Assembly: GCA_043228905.1 (NCBI GenBank)
Contig: JBHGNT010000004.1
Coordinates: forward strand, 3,038,001 to 3,102,000
Length of the DNA stretch: 64,000 nucleotides
Origin: Azolla caroliniana
Lineage: Eukaryota; Plantae; Polypodiophyta
Direction of reading: 5' to 3'
Part shown: positions 49,301 to 57,678 of the stretch, piece by piece
How the letters are laid out: each line of letters opens with the position of its first letter
Position numbering within the stretch: position 1 is the stretch's first letter
Translations under genes and position numbers: made by a program
Notes under the pieces: model-generated
Seen by the model: the letters and a program-made list of their open reading frames with translations, nothing else
Told to the model about the DNA's origin: nothing
The model's database searches: none

Positions 49301-52184
49301 CACGGAGTTTCGCGACGTATTCGCCTGGTCATACGAAGACATGCGAGGGCTGGACCCTCAATTATATCAGCATCAGATCCACTTAGGCAAGGACGCGAAA
49401 CCAGTGGCGCAACGACGATACCGAATGAACCCCAACTACGCCGCCAAAGTAAAAGAGGAAATCGACAAACTCCTAAGAGTGGGCTTCATCCGGCCGGTAA
49501 AGAAAGCGACGTGGCTGAGCCCCATCGTCGTCGTCCCCAAGAAGAACGGTAAAATCCGTGTGTGTGTTGATTACAGGAAATTAAATGCCGCCACAATTAC
49601 GGATGCCTTCCCTCTTCCGTTCACGGACGGAGTACTGGATGCCGTCGCCGGTCATGAAGTTTATAGCTTTTTAGACGGGTTCAGCGGGTACAATCAAATC
49701 CGGATGCACCCGGACGACCAGGAAAAGACAGCGTTCGTCACCGAATGGGGGGTGTTTGTGGCCGAAGTCATGATGTTCGGCCTAAAAACGGCACCAGCAA
49801 CGTTCCAGCGAATCATCATGGAGATTTTCGGCGAATACATTCCTGCCTTTATGCAAGTTTTCCTGGATGATTTTGCAGTTTATAGCCGGGGAAAAGACCA
49901 TTTGCAGCACCTACGGTTATGCCTTGAAAAGTGTAGGTTATACCGGCTAAGCTTAAACCCAGCAAAATGCATCTTTGGGGTTTCAAGTGGAATATTGCTG
50001 GGACACATCGTAAGTAAGGAGGGCATTGCGGTCGACCCGGACAAAGTAAACGCCATACTAGGGGCACCGGCACCGAAAACGGCCAAAGCACTAAGCCGAT
50101 TCTTAGGACAAATCCGGTGGCACAGCCGGATGCTCCGTCACTTGGCGGACTTGGCGACACCATTACACACCGCGGTACATCGGACACCGTTCCAATGGAC
50201 GGAGACGGAGGATAAGGCATACAATGCCCTGAAGGTACTTTTGTCGCAAGCACCTGTCGTACAGCCTCCGGATTGGAGCAAGGAATTTCACGTGTTCGTG
50301 GACGCGTCCGACATCGCGATTGGCAGCGCCTTAATGCAGCTTACGGAGCCCAAATGGTACCGGCCGGTATATTACGCCAGCCGGAAGCTGTCCCAAGCGG
50401 AGAAGAACTATTCAACGACGGAACGGGAGGCCCTCGGCATGATCTACAGTGTCACAAAGTTTCGGCACTACCTATTGGGAAGGAAGTTCTCCTTTCATGT
50501 GGATCACTCGGCGCTTCTGTACTTAGTGTCCAAGGCGTCCCTGACCGGTAAGTTGGCCCGTTGGACCTTGCTGTTGCAGGAGTTCGAATTCGAGATTTTC
50601 CACCGGCCCGGTATCCAGCATGCCGTAGCAGACTACCTGAGCCGGTTAGAGTCCGGAGAACCAGGCGACGGAGTAGCGGATGAATTCCCGGACGCGGAGT
50701 TATTCCGTATCACCCCGGAAACGGCAGCGGACGACACGGTGTCATCAGAAGATAAATGGCTGACAAACATGCACCAGTTCCTAAGCACGGGCCTGCCACC
50801 GGAGGAAATGAACCGGGACGAGAGGAAACGACTGGCGGTGCAGAGCCGCAATTTCTGTCTGTTACGGGACACCCTCTACCACAAAGGAGCAGATGGAATA
50901 TGGAGACGGGCAGTCCGTAGTGACGAGAAAGAAGTAATCTTACGGGAAGCACACTGTGGGGTTGCCGGAGGACACTATGCCGGGGAAGCGACGGCGAGGA
51001 AAGTATGGCAGAGCGGCTTGTGGTGGCCCACGACGTTAAAAGACGCCGTCAAGTATGCTAAGGAATGTGACCTATGCCAACGAATGGGCCAGCCTACGGA
51101 GCAAGCACGGATGCCACACCAACCGGTACTTCCACTAGAGCCATTCCAGAAGTGGGGGTTGGATTTTGTCGGACCGTTCAAGCCACCGGCAATGAGAACG
51201 GGTAATCGTTATGTCATCGTGGCAACGGATTATTGCACTAAATGGGTGGAAGCAAAGGCCCTGAGAGACAACACCGCGTCATCCACAGCAAAATTCCTGT
51301 ACGAAAACATTTGGTGCCGATATGGATGTCCGATTGAATTAATCAGCGACCAAGGAGGCCACTTCCTCGGCCAGGTAGTGGAAAGCTTAACAAAGTTCTA
51401 TGCCGTGGTTCATAAACGGAGCACACCGTACTACCCACAGGCGAACGGGTTAGCGGAGTCCACCAACAAAACGCTGCAGAACATTCTCCGCAAAATCGTC
51501 AACGAAAACCGGACGGACTGGGATACAAAGCTCCATAGCGCGCTATGGGCGTACAGAACGGCATACAAAACGAGTATCCGGACAACGCCGTTCCGGTTAG
51601 CATTCGGCTTAGAAGCGGTCATGCCGGTCGAGTTTCAGGTACCAAGCTTACGGATCCAACTACGGGAACGGCTGAATGAAAAGAAATCGGAGGAAATGCG
51701 GCTAGCAGCACTATGCGAACTGGAGGAGCAACGGCTGGCCAGCATCCTCCACATGGAACTGGAGCAACGACGACGGAAAGCGTTCGTCGACCGTCACCGG
51801 AAAGGTAACGAAAAGATGTTCGAAATCGGAAAGCCGGTTCTAGTATTCCAAACCAGGATGGGCAAAATGCCGGGTAAACTCCGGTTCAGATGGACAGGCC
51901 CGTATTGGCTGACACGGGAATACAACGGGTCCTATCAGATAGGGACACTTGCCGGTGAAGTACTAGGCAAGTGGGTAAACGGATTTCGACTAAAACCCTA
52001 TAAAGGACCGATGCCAAAGAACCCGTTTATGCAGCTCACCGGCACTACACCAGGAACCTGTCCGGGATCGGTACGGATCGATCCGGAAGAAAAAGACGAC
52101 GGGGAACCCGTAGCAGAGACGAAGGAAGACACGGCAACCCGTAAGGAAAACGGTCAGGGTCCGAAGGGACCTACGGATGTGTAA
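46320..52184 (+). CDS. Gag-Pol polyprotein of element A (1954 aa, single ORF)
   Basis: Gag with three CCHC knuckles, protease (IDGGSG), RT (FLDGFSGY, FLDD), RNase H (VDASD) and integrase (HCG..GH..C..C, WGLDFVGP, SDQG, GPY). No chromodomain. Confidence 0.96.
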   Translation: MTRPTHDLVTDRARRIAERQRRRETFQQAAQEIRSDRSFSNEIRRVAEESLRLRQTRDQDDGSSLSSLRETERLLEALASGENEAEAFSAYESDSEGGYSVHTNYRSSNDTPGGPEDDGSDTVPTPEPEPLNQGYPEPQTEAVNPPTPEAEEAKPPTPTKEPAKVPEEEPEKEPEKGPAEEPEVESEKEPEKYQQTPLNRRLILDDDMPFQYSKYRDDPDAEAHVDDFEQTWEANHTSQRMTPEEEERSKIAEFGVTLEGPATRWRRSQDPATITTFAELKAKFLHFFHKEVDQTTMVGLFYTIRQEAGESIPQFVIRFQRMHSQLARAPPEEELRTIFLNALREPLRTVCTVIDFRGCTIDQVIDRVREMEKTSSWLTLGTLQRALPTEEDLRFRQAIQCTICLNAGHSAVECTMRTQCVICQSKSHTTDRCEYNLLNRQAPPVRRIEPRSSRDEDDDRWQRGNRYPPAQDVRYGDRQENDGRYGNRRDNYDRYERSDRYREPNRRHEQYDRDHSPGYRRHQEDYGRCYDPPRPDYRNKHKNNKKRNFKKGGHPRDPEHGIPRGQPAQNAPLATGPTPATSNAESSNTRKEYCYYCRQEGHYSNQCPVKSYEKRPAVNMVVPEVTDVQQVTTRSKGMAKEWETQEAIRKQATEWVKEANEKNVADAERQKANTIGSAGGSHPENETWQALQECQITLPLGRLLQLVPRFTEGLKTGMTDGIAPPAPVLFSNPEEGPTVVDTSSPAITAIVKGHELPGTVIDGGSGVNVISLRTCDALGIHEWEPCPFWLRMADTSSVRPTGLIRKLEVTIGGHTFHISAVVLQLQAQGAYPLLLGRPWLKTAHIKQNWRKNMITFRRGKAKVRVPTQPRTSNGKECTPMYAECVNMLEGLADDEEAQYLEEHPKIVPLFEIDIAEAVAAYLPQRDDTEAEPDKYAIRELRQAQEALEREMAVSQRVKASQLDEVNLGSKDESKPVHIAKEMKPEDKAAMIKLLTEFRDVFAWSYEDMRGLDPQLYQHQIHLGKDAKPVAQRRYRMNPNYAAKVKEEIDKLLRVGFIRPVKKATWLSPIVVVPKKNGKIRVCVDYRKLNAATITDAFPLPFTDGVLDAVAGHEVYSFLDGFSGYNQIRMHPDDQEKTAFVTEWGVFVAEVMMFGLKTAPATFQRIIMEIFGEYIPAFMQVFLDDFAVYSRGKDHLQHLRLCLEKCRLYRLSLNPAKCIFGVSSGILLGHIVSKEGIAVDPDKVNAILGAPAPKTAKALSRFLGQIRWHSRMLRHLADLATPLHTAVHRTPFQWTETEDKAYNALKVLLSQAPVVQPPDWSKEFHVFVDASDIAIGSALMQLTEPKWYRPVYYASRKLSQAEKNYSTTEREALGMIYSVTKFRHYLLGRKFSFHVDHSALLYLVSKASLTGKLARWTLLLQEFEFEIFHRPGIQHAVADYLSRLESGEPGDGVADEFPDAELFRITPETAADDTVSSEDKWLTNMHQFLSTGLPPEEMNRDERKRLAVQSRNFCLLRDTLYHKGADGIWRRAVRSDEKEVILREAHCGVAGGHYAGEATARKVWQSGLWWPTTLKDAVKYAKECDLCQRMGQPTEQARMPHQPVLPLEPFQKWGLDFVGPFKPPAMRTGNRYVIVATDYCTKWVEAKALRDNTASSTAKFLYENIWCRYGCPIELISDQGGHFLGQVVESLTKFYAVVHKRSTPYYPQANGLAESTNKTLQNILRKIVNENRTDWDTKLHSALWAYRTAYKTSIRTTPFRLAFGLEAVMPVEFQVPSLRIQLRERLNEKKSEEMRLAALCELEEQRLASILHMELEQRRRKAFVDRHRKGNEKMFEIGKPVLVFQTRMGKMPGKLRFRWTGPYWLTREYNGSYQIGTLAGEVLGKWVNGFRLKPYKGPMPKNPFMQLTGTTPGTCPGSVRIDPEEKDDGEPVAETKEDTATRKENGQGPKGPTDV

Positions 52185-52554
52185 GGTCACACACCGTCAT
52201 TAAAGATTGAAAAAAAAAAAAAAAAAATCATTAAAAATCGAGGTATGAACGGGTGTGAAAGCAAGGCGCGAAAAGGTACGTAGTGGGCATTTAAGAGCCG
52301 CCACGTACTTAATACTAAATCGGTACACGACGTGCGCACGCTCGAAAAAAGGCGCCAAGACGCACAGAGAAAAAGAGGAGCGCATGGAGACCTTCTTTTT
52401 TCGCGAGCCAAGAAGCACAGAAGCACCAAGGCAGTGGAAGCTGAGCAAACGCGAACCTGCACGCAGAGAACCCCCGCGCTCAGAACGCTCTCTCTCTCGC
52501 TCTCACCCTCATCACCACTCTACCTCGCCATCTTCCCTCGACCTTGAAGCAGAC

Positions 52555-55227
52555 ATGGAACCACAAACGCTGTCGGAAGCGGCCAGGAAATGGTTCAGGC
52601 AAAACGGACTGGAGGGGTTCTTGGCCATCATGGAGGCACCGCCGCACAGAGAAGCCGACCGGGTCATCAAGGAGCTCGCCACAGAGGTCATCACCGAGGA
52701 AGCGATCCGCGCGCTAACAGGCCTTCCGGAGGGAGGAATCTTTCAGATCGATAACCCAACCTCGGAGCAACTCACCCGATATTTCGGTGAGTACTCTGTT
52801 GCCGGCAAAGGCTATCGGACGCAGGGCGGCGAAGATCCGCTATTCAGGGAGATAGCTCGAGTGCTCCATGAGTACGGTCACGTGTACCCCCGACCCCCTG
52901 TCATGCCAAAAAATCGGGCAGGGATGATCATAGCCACCTATGAAGGGGTCAAGGTGGACTGGCCGGTGTTGATTGCAGACGGGTTGTGCATGGCAATCGA
53001 CATGGTACGAGGGAAGGACGGCAAGGAGGGCCGGAAGCTGTGGCACGCCGTAGCTCAATGGATAACATTGCTCGTGCCGCCGGTCGAGACCGTCCAGCCA
53101 AAGAAGCGGCCAAGAGTATCGGAAGGAAGCACCTCGAAGCCGGCGTCCAAACGACAGCAGCTGCTGGCGTCGAAGGCGACGAAAGGGAAGAAACGGGCCC
53201 CAGAACCGGAGGAGGTGTCACCGGTCCGACCCGTCAAGATAACCTTACGGAGACCGGGACAGAAGGAACCGGAACCCTTGACGGCACAGAAACATGCCGT
53301 GACACAGGAAGAGGAAACGGAGGAGCCAGAAGAGCATCTCCAACGACGGTCAAGAAGTAGGACCGCCGAGACAGGAGGGGAGCGGTCGTACCCGCGAGAG
53401 GCAGAAACGCCCCCAACTCAACCTGAGCAAACCACAAGGGAAGAACCGGAACCGGTGCGTAGGGAACCGGTCTTGTCGACTTCTATAGAAGAAGTCAGTC
53501 CAACGGCTCCGGAGACGGCGAGAACCGGAACTCAACAGCCGGCGAGCCCAGCCAGAGCACACGGCGGCCAAGGAGTACAACCAGAACGGCACATGCAGGC
53601 ACTCAGGCCAGACAATTCCACAGGGAATGAGCCGACCCGACCAGTACAGCAACAAGGCACCAGTAGCATGTGGCTACGGTGGGTAGGCGAGCAAATCGCC
53701 GGAGTGGTCGAGTATATAGAGGCGGAAGAGAGAGCGCACCAGGAACGGTTGCTCGTCACAACCGTAGATCTAGAGACGGCCCGGTCCAGAATCCGGAGCC
53801 TTGAACAAGACTTGGACAGGGTCACAAGGGAAATGGCGCAAGTGGCTTTAACAACACAAGTCCAAGCACCGGTGACTCCGGGCAATGTACAGAATAAAGC
53901 GGCAGATCAACCTGTACATAGCAATCAGACCCCGGCAACGGAAACCGTTCCGGAGAGAAATGCGTCACAAGCCCAAGAGCTTGCGGATTTAAAGGATGAG
54001 CTTGCTGCCCAAGAAGCGCTGAGGAGCCGCGAAAGAGAATTGAAGACGGCAGCGGAGGCGGAACTCAAAAAGACTGCGGAGAATCTACGCCGGGCCGAGG
54101 AGGGCTTACGGAAAGGCCACCAAGCATACGACCGGCTCAAGGAGGAAAAAGAGAAAATGCTGCAAGAGAAGGACAAGCTCCGGAGGAACGCCGAAACAGA
54201 AGTAGAGCGCCTGAAAGAGGAACTCCGGCAGGTAAAGGACCGGGAGGACCGGAACCATCGCCAAATCAACGGCAAGCTCAAACAAAAAACGGAGGAATTT
54301 GAGCAATTGCACCGGGAGTATAAACGGTTGCAAACGGAGCACAAGGAACGGACGGATGAGCTCCGGCAAGCCGTTGATCGGACCGCAACCGCATTCGCCA
54401 AGGAACAAGCGGAAAACAGAAGACGGTTGGAAGAGGAGGAGAAGGTTCGGACAGAGCTCCTCAGGCAACAGCAGGCGGAAAAAGAAAGAGCGGCGGAGGT
54501 ACTGCAGAGGCTGCAAACGACATATCAAGGGCAGCTGACGCGCTACAGAGAGCAGGCGGAGGATACGGCAAATCTCATCAAGCAGTTGAAGGAGGAGCGA
54601 CAAGTGGTGGAAAGCAGAGCACAAATGGGAGCAAGTCGCATCCAAGATATAATGCGGGCCTGGTTGAACCAGACCAAGAGCTTGATTGACAACGGTTCCG
54701 TCAAATGGTGGACCAAGTGGGCCACGAACGCGGCGGAACTCCAATTGCTCCAGGCTGACGTAGAGAACCGGCGGAAGGAGGGAGATGATTGCTATATGCT
54801 GAATTCTGAAGACTTCACCGGCATAAGAGATGAGTTGGCCGAAGACTTTCAAGCCTTGGCGGAGGACCAACTAGAGCAAGTCCGGCAACTTGTAGCTCAG
54901 CTGGATGACGGCAGGCTGGAGGCGCAGATCCAGTTTGAAAGCTACGAGAGGTCCCGGATCCGGGGAGAGAAAGAACGAGAACCAGTTACGGTTAACCTCA
55001 GTGATGAGGAACCGTTACTGGAAGGAGACCGTACCGGAAGCAGTCAAACGGAGATGCCGGAGCCAGAAAAACAAACGGAGCAGCAGCAGCAAGCAGAGCA
55101 GCCGGAGCAACCTCAGTCTCAACCGCAACCACAGCAGCAGCAGCAAGCACAGCCGCAACAACCACAACCGGAAGAACAAGTGGAAATTCTTGAACAAAGT
55201 AATTTGGACAATTTGGGTGAACAATGA
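52555..55227 (+). CDS. Extra (env-position) ORF of element A, coiled-coil protein of unknown function
   Basis: Uninterrupted frame 52255-55227 with ATGs at 52384 and 52555. Globular N-terminus, long E/K/R/Q heptad-rich region and Q/P-rich tail. Confidence 0.8.
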   Translation: MEPQTLSEAARKWFRQNGLEGFLAIMEAPPHREADRVIKELATEVITEEAIRALTGLPEGGIFQIDNPTSEQLTRYFGEYSVAGKGYRTQGGEDPLFREIARVLHEYGHVYPRPPVMPKNRAGMIIATYEGVKVDWPVLIADGLCMAIDMVRGKDGKEGRKLWHAVAQWITLLVPPVETVQPKKRPRVSEGSTSKPASKRQQLLASKATKGKKRAPEPEEVSPVRPVKITLRRPGQKEPEPLTAQKHAVTQEEETEEPEEHLQRRSRSRTAETGGERSYPREAETPPTQPEQTTREEPEPVRREPVLSTSIEEVSPTAPETARTGTQQPASPARAHGGQGVQPERHMQALRPDNSTGNEPTRPVQQQGTSSMWLRWVGEQIAGVVEYIEAEERAHQERLLVTTVDLETARSRIRSLEQDLDRVTREMAQVALTTQVQAPVTPGNVQNKAADQPVHSNQTPATETVPERNASQAQELADLKDELAAQEALRSRERELKTAAEAELKKTAENLRRAEEGLRKGHQAYDRLKEEKEKMLQEKDKLRRNAETEVERLKEELRQVKDREDRNHRQINGKLKQKTEEFEQLHREYKRLQTEHKERTDELRQAVDRTATAFAKEQAENRRRLEEEEKVRTELLRQQQAEKERAAEVLQRLQTTYQGQLTRYREQAEDTANLIKQLKEERQVVESRAQMGASRIQDIMRAWLNQTKSLIDNGSVKWWTKWATNAAELQLLQADVENRRKEGDDCYMLNSEDFTGIRDELAEDFQALAEDQLEQVRQLVAQLDDGRLEAQIQFESYERSRIRGEKEREPVTVNLSDEEPLLEGDRTGSSQTEMPEPEKQTEQQQQAEQPEQPQSQPQPQQQQQAQPQQPQPEEQVEILEQSNLDNLGEQ

Positions 55228-55923
55228 AGGGGCCGAGAAGGGTTCGACGTACAAGGTACTGTCCCACGGGCGTGCCATGTGTTACCGGCCGGCAAGGAGT
55301 CCAAAATACGGAGTGAAGGAATTAATTAGATATGGTTGTAAATGAGCATAGTGTGGACGGACGGACTGGAAACGGTATGCCGTTCCAGATCCGGACGGAT
55401 CCCGAATAGGTGCGAGAAGCACCGTTTTGTACTACGGGCCGGAAACCTACTTAAAGGCCCGGACCCTATTGTAATGACAGCGGATAATTAATAGAGATTA
55501 TGATGTTTATACTTCTGTCTTGATTTCCGTTCTGTAATCACTGTTATATCTTACGCGTGTAATTAACCGAAGCAATCTAATCGTGTAACTTACGTAAGTC
55601 GGTGTAATCGTTGAATCTTAATCCTATGCCGTAATCACCCTTTGGTGAAGTGTCTCCGTGACACCTTGTGTTAGGCCTTGTCCGGCTAAGCGAATAACAC
55701 GAACCGGGCTCACTCCGACTCGGCAACATTCGGGAAGACCAGTCGGTTCTGTCCCTCAAGTTACCGGAGTCAATTCGAGCAAGTTCAACAATACATATAT
55801 CCGAAGCCGAACCGACTCGGGTTCAAATCCGACTAGAACGATATCGGGTGAGCCAACCGGCTGCACTCCCACAAGGTTCGTAGTCAACTCCGAACCGAGC
55901 TTCGTCAACCGAAACCAAATTTG

Positions 55924-56861
55924 ATGGCATCAACATCCGGCTCGTCAGAAATGAGTCTACGAAAGTTCGATAGATCGAACTTCAACTTCTGGAAGGAGCA
56001 AATGCAGGACTATCTCATAGTCAAGGGGCAAATCGATCCCATCGAAAATGAAGAACCTCCAGAAGGATACAAACCAATTGAGTGGCAGAAGCTGGACAGA
56101 ATCGTCCGCGCCACGATTCGGATGCACCTATCGGAATCGGTATATTTTACGGTGCAATCGTGTACGACAGCATTCGAACTGTGGAAAACACTGTCGGACA
56201 CTTACGAAAAGAAGGTCGCCGCAACGAAGATGTTTCTGATCCGGCGCCTCTACAACTTGCGGATGAAAGAATCCGATTCGGTTCAAGCACATCTCAATGA
56301 GTACGAAAGCATAAGTTCCCAAATCTCGTCACAGGGGACGGCAATCGAGGATGAACTCAGAGCAATGATACTCATGAGCAGCCTTCCCTCATCATGGGAA
56401 ACTTTCGTCACAACCGTGTGCAGCGCGTCAACCACGGCTGTTAAATACTCCGAAGTCACGAGCGCAATCCTGACCGAAGCAGCTCGGAGAAAGTCTTTCG
56501 CCAAAGACTCAACAGACGACGCTTACGTAGTACAAGGTTCGACAGACCGATCGAACATACGAGGAAGAGATTCCTCACGGCCGCCGAACAATCAGCGAAG
56601 ACGGAGCTAGTCACGGGATAACCGAATCTGCAACTATTGCAAGAAACCCGGACACATCAAAGCCGACTGCCGTGCACTCAAGAACAAGAACAACAAGAAG
56701 AGTGGCCGGCATGAGGAGATCAATTACGTCAGCTTCTCAGCTGATGTACTACCAAACGACCCGAATATACTATCAATCGAAAATCCAGTCGGATCAGAAG
56801 TTCTGTTCACGACTGAAGAATCGAGCACATGGCTCTTAGATTCGGGCGCGTCATTTCACGT
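55924..56861 (+). pseudogene. Copia gag-protease with in-frame TAG at 56608-56610, truncated by insertion
   Basis: KFDRSNFNFWKEQMQDYL and ILMSSLPSSW. After the stop, the same frame gives CNYCKKPGHIKADC and WLLDSGASFH. Confidence 0.92.
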
Positions 56862-57678
56862 TGTCGTGAAGAAAACCGTCCATAGGCGGAATCGGCGCAC
56901 CAAGGCGTGGGAACCGGTTCTTCACGCGCGCACGCTCCAAGTTGTACATAGAAGCGAATCGGGAGGATAATCGGCAGGAACGGGCCCTAACTCAAGTGGA
57001 GACAAAGACCGCGCGAACAGTCTTTTCGGTCGCGCGCGCGAACTGTACGAGTCGGCGGCGTAACTACGCGGATGCGTGGAAAACGGAGCGGATCCCTGTC
57101 CAAAAGGGACAGGGAATAAAGCTGACAGGACGGCCTGCTCGTCGGCCTATATAAGGAGCGGGAAAGAGCTGTTGCAGGGGGATCTCGCACGGAGAGGACG
57201 AAGTGCTGTCGGACCGTTTCTGGACGCTTCTCTCTCTCTGTTTCCTTCCTTCTTGAGCTCCATAGCTTTTCTGTGCAGGGTTCGGAGGAGGCTCGCGCTG
57301 TTTCGAGGAACGCACGAGTGCTTCCGGCAGCCCCTTTGAGCGTCGAAGTGAACAGGCATCGGCATCTGTTCGCCGGCCTGTTCGGTTGTAACCAACCTGT
57401 GCCCCGTCGAGGGTTGTAGTCGTGATTAGCCATTTTCTTAATATACATATGAAGTCATTCACATCTGTCTGTGTCGGTCTCTGTTCGCGTTCTCCGTGCT
57501 GAAGGGCCGTGTCCCTGTGTATCCCCGGTCCTGCGTAGCCGGTTCTCTCTCTTTCTCCTCCCTCGCTTGCTCTTTGGTTCGAGACCCCCGCGGTCCCGCC
57601 TCGATTCCACACGCACTTGCTTAATATCACGACATCTTTGGTGAACCCGACGTGAAAGAGGCGGCAGAAGAGCAGAAG

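Larger units (their letters stand above)
45849..55699 (+). mobile_element. Intact young non-chromovirus Ty3/gypsy element A with extra 3' ORF
   Basis: 420-bp LTRs at 45849-46268 and 55280-55699, with one difference seen by eye. TSD CGAAC at 45844-45848 and 55700-55704. PBS TGGCGACCACG at 46275-46285. Confidence 0.97.
44772..56861 (+). mobile_element. Ty1/copia element (5' LTR, leader, gag-protease) interrupted by two gypsy insertions
   Basis: 5' LTR ~44772-45382 (TGTTAAGA...TCTTCAACA; left edge less certain). PBS TGGTATTAGAGC (iMet type) at 45385-45396. The leader resumes at 55700. Confidence 0.85.

Noticed and set aside
55226-55243. GAAGGGGCCGAGAAGGG as the PPT of element A
   Set aside because: It ends ~37 nt before the LTR boundary fixed by LTR identity and TSD, whereas a PPT must abut the LTR.
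56605-56616. Programmed readthrough of the copia gag TAG
   Set aside because: The stop precedes the zinc knuckle and lacks a CARYYA context; a point mutation is the simpler explanation.
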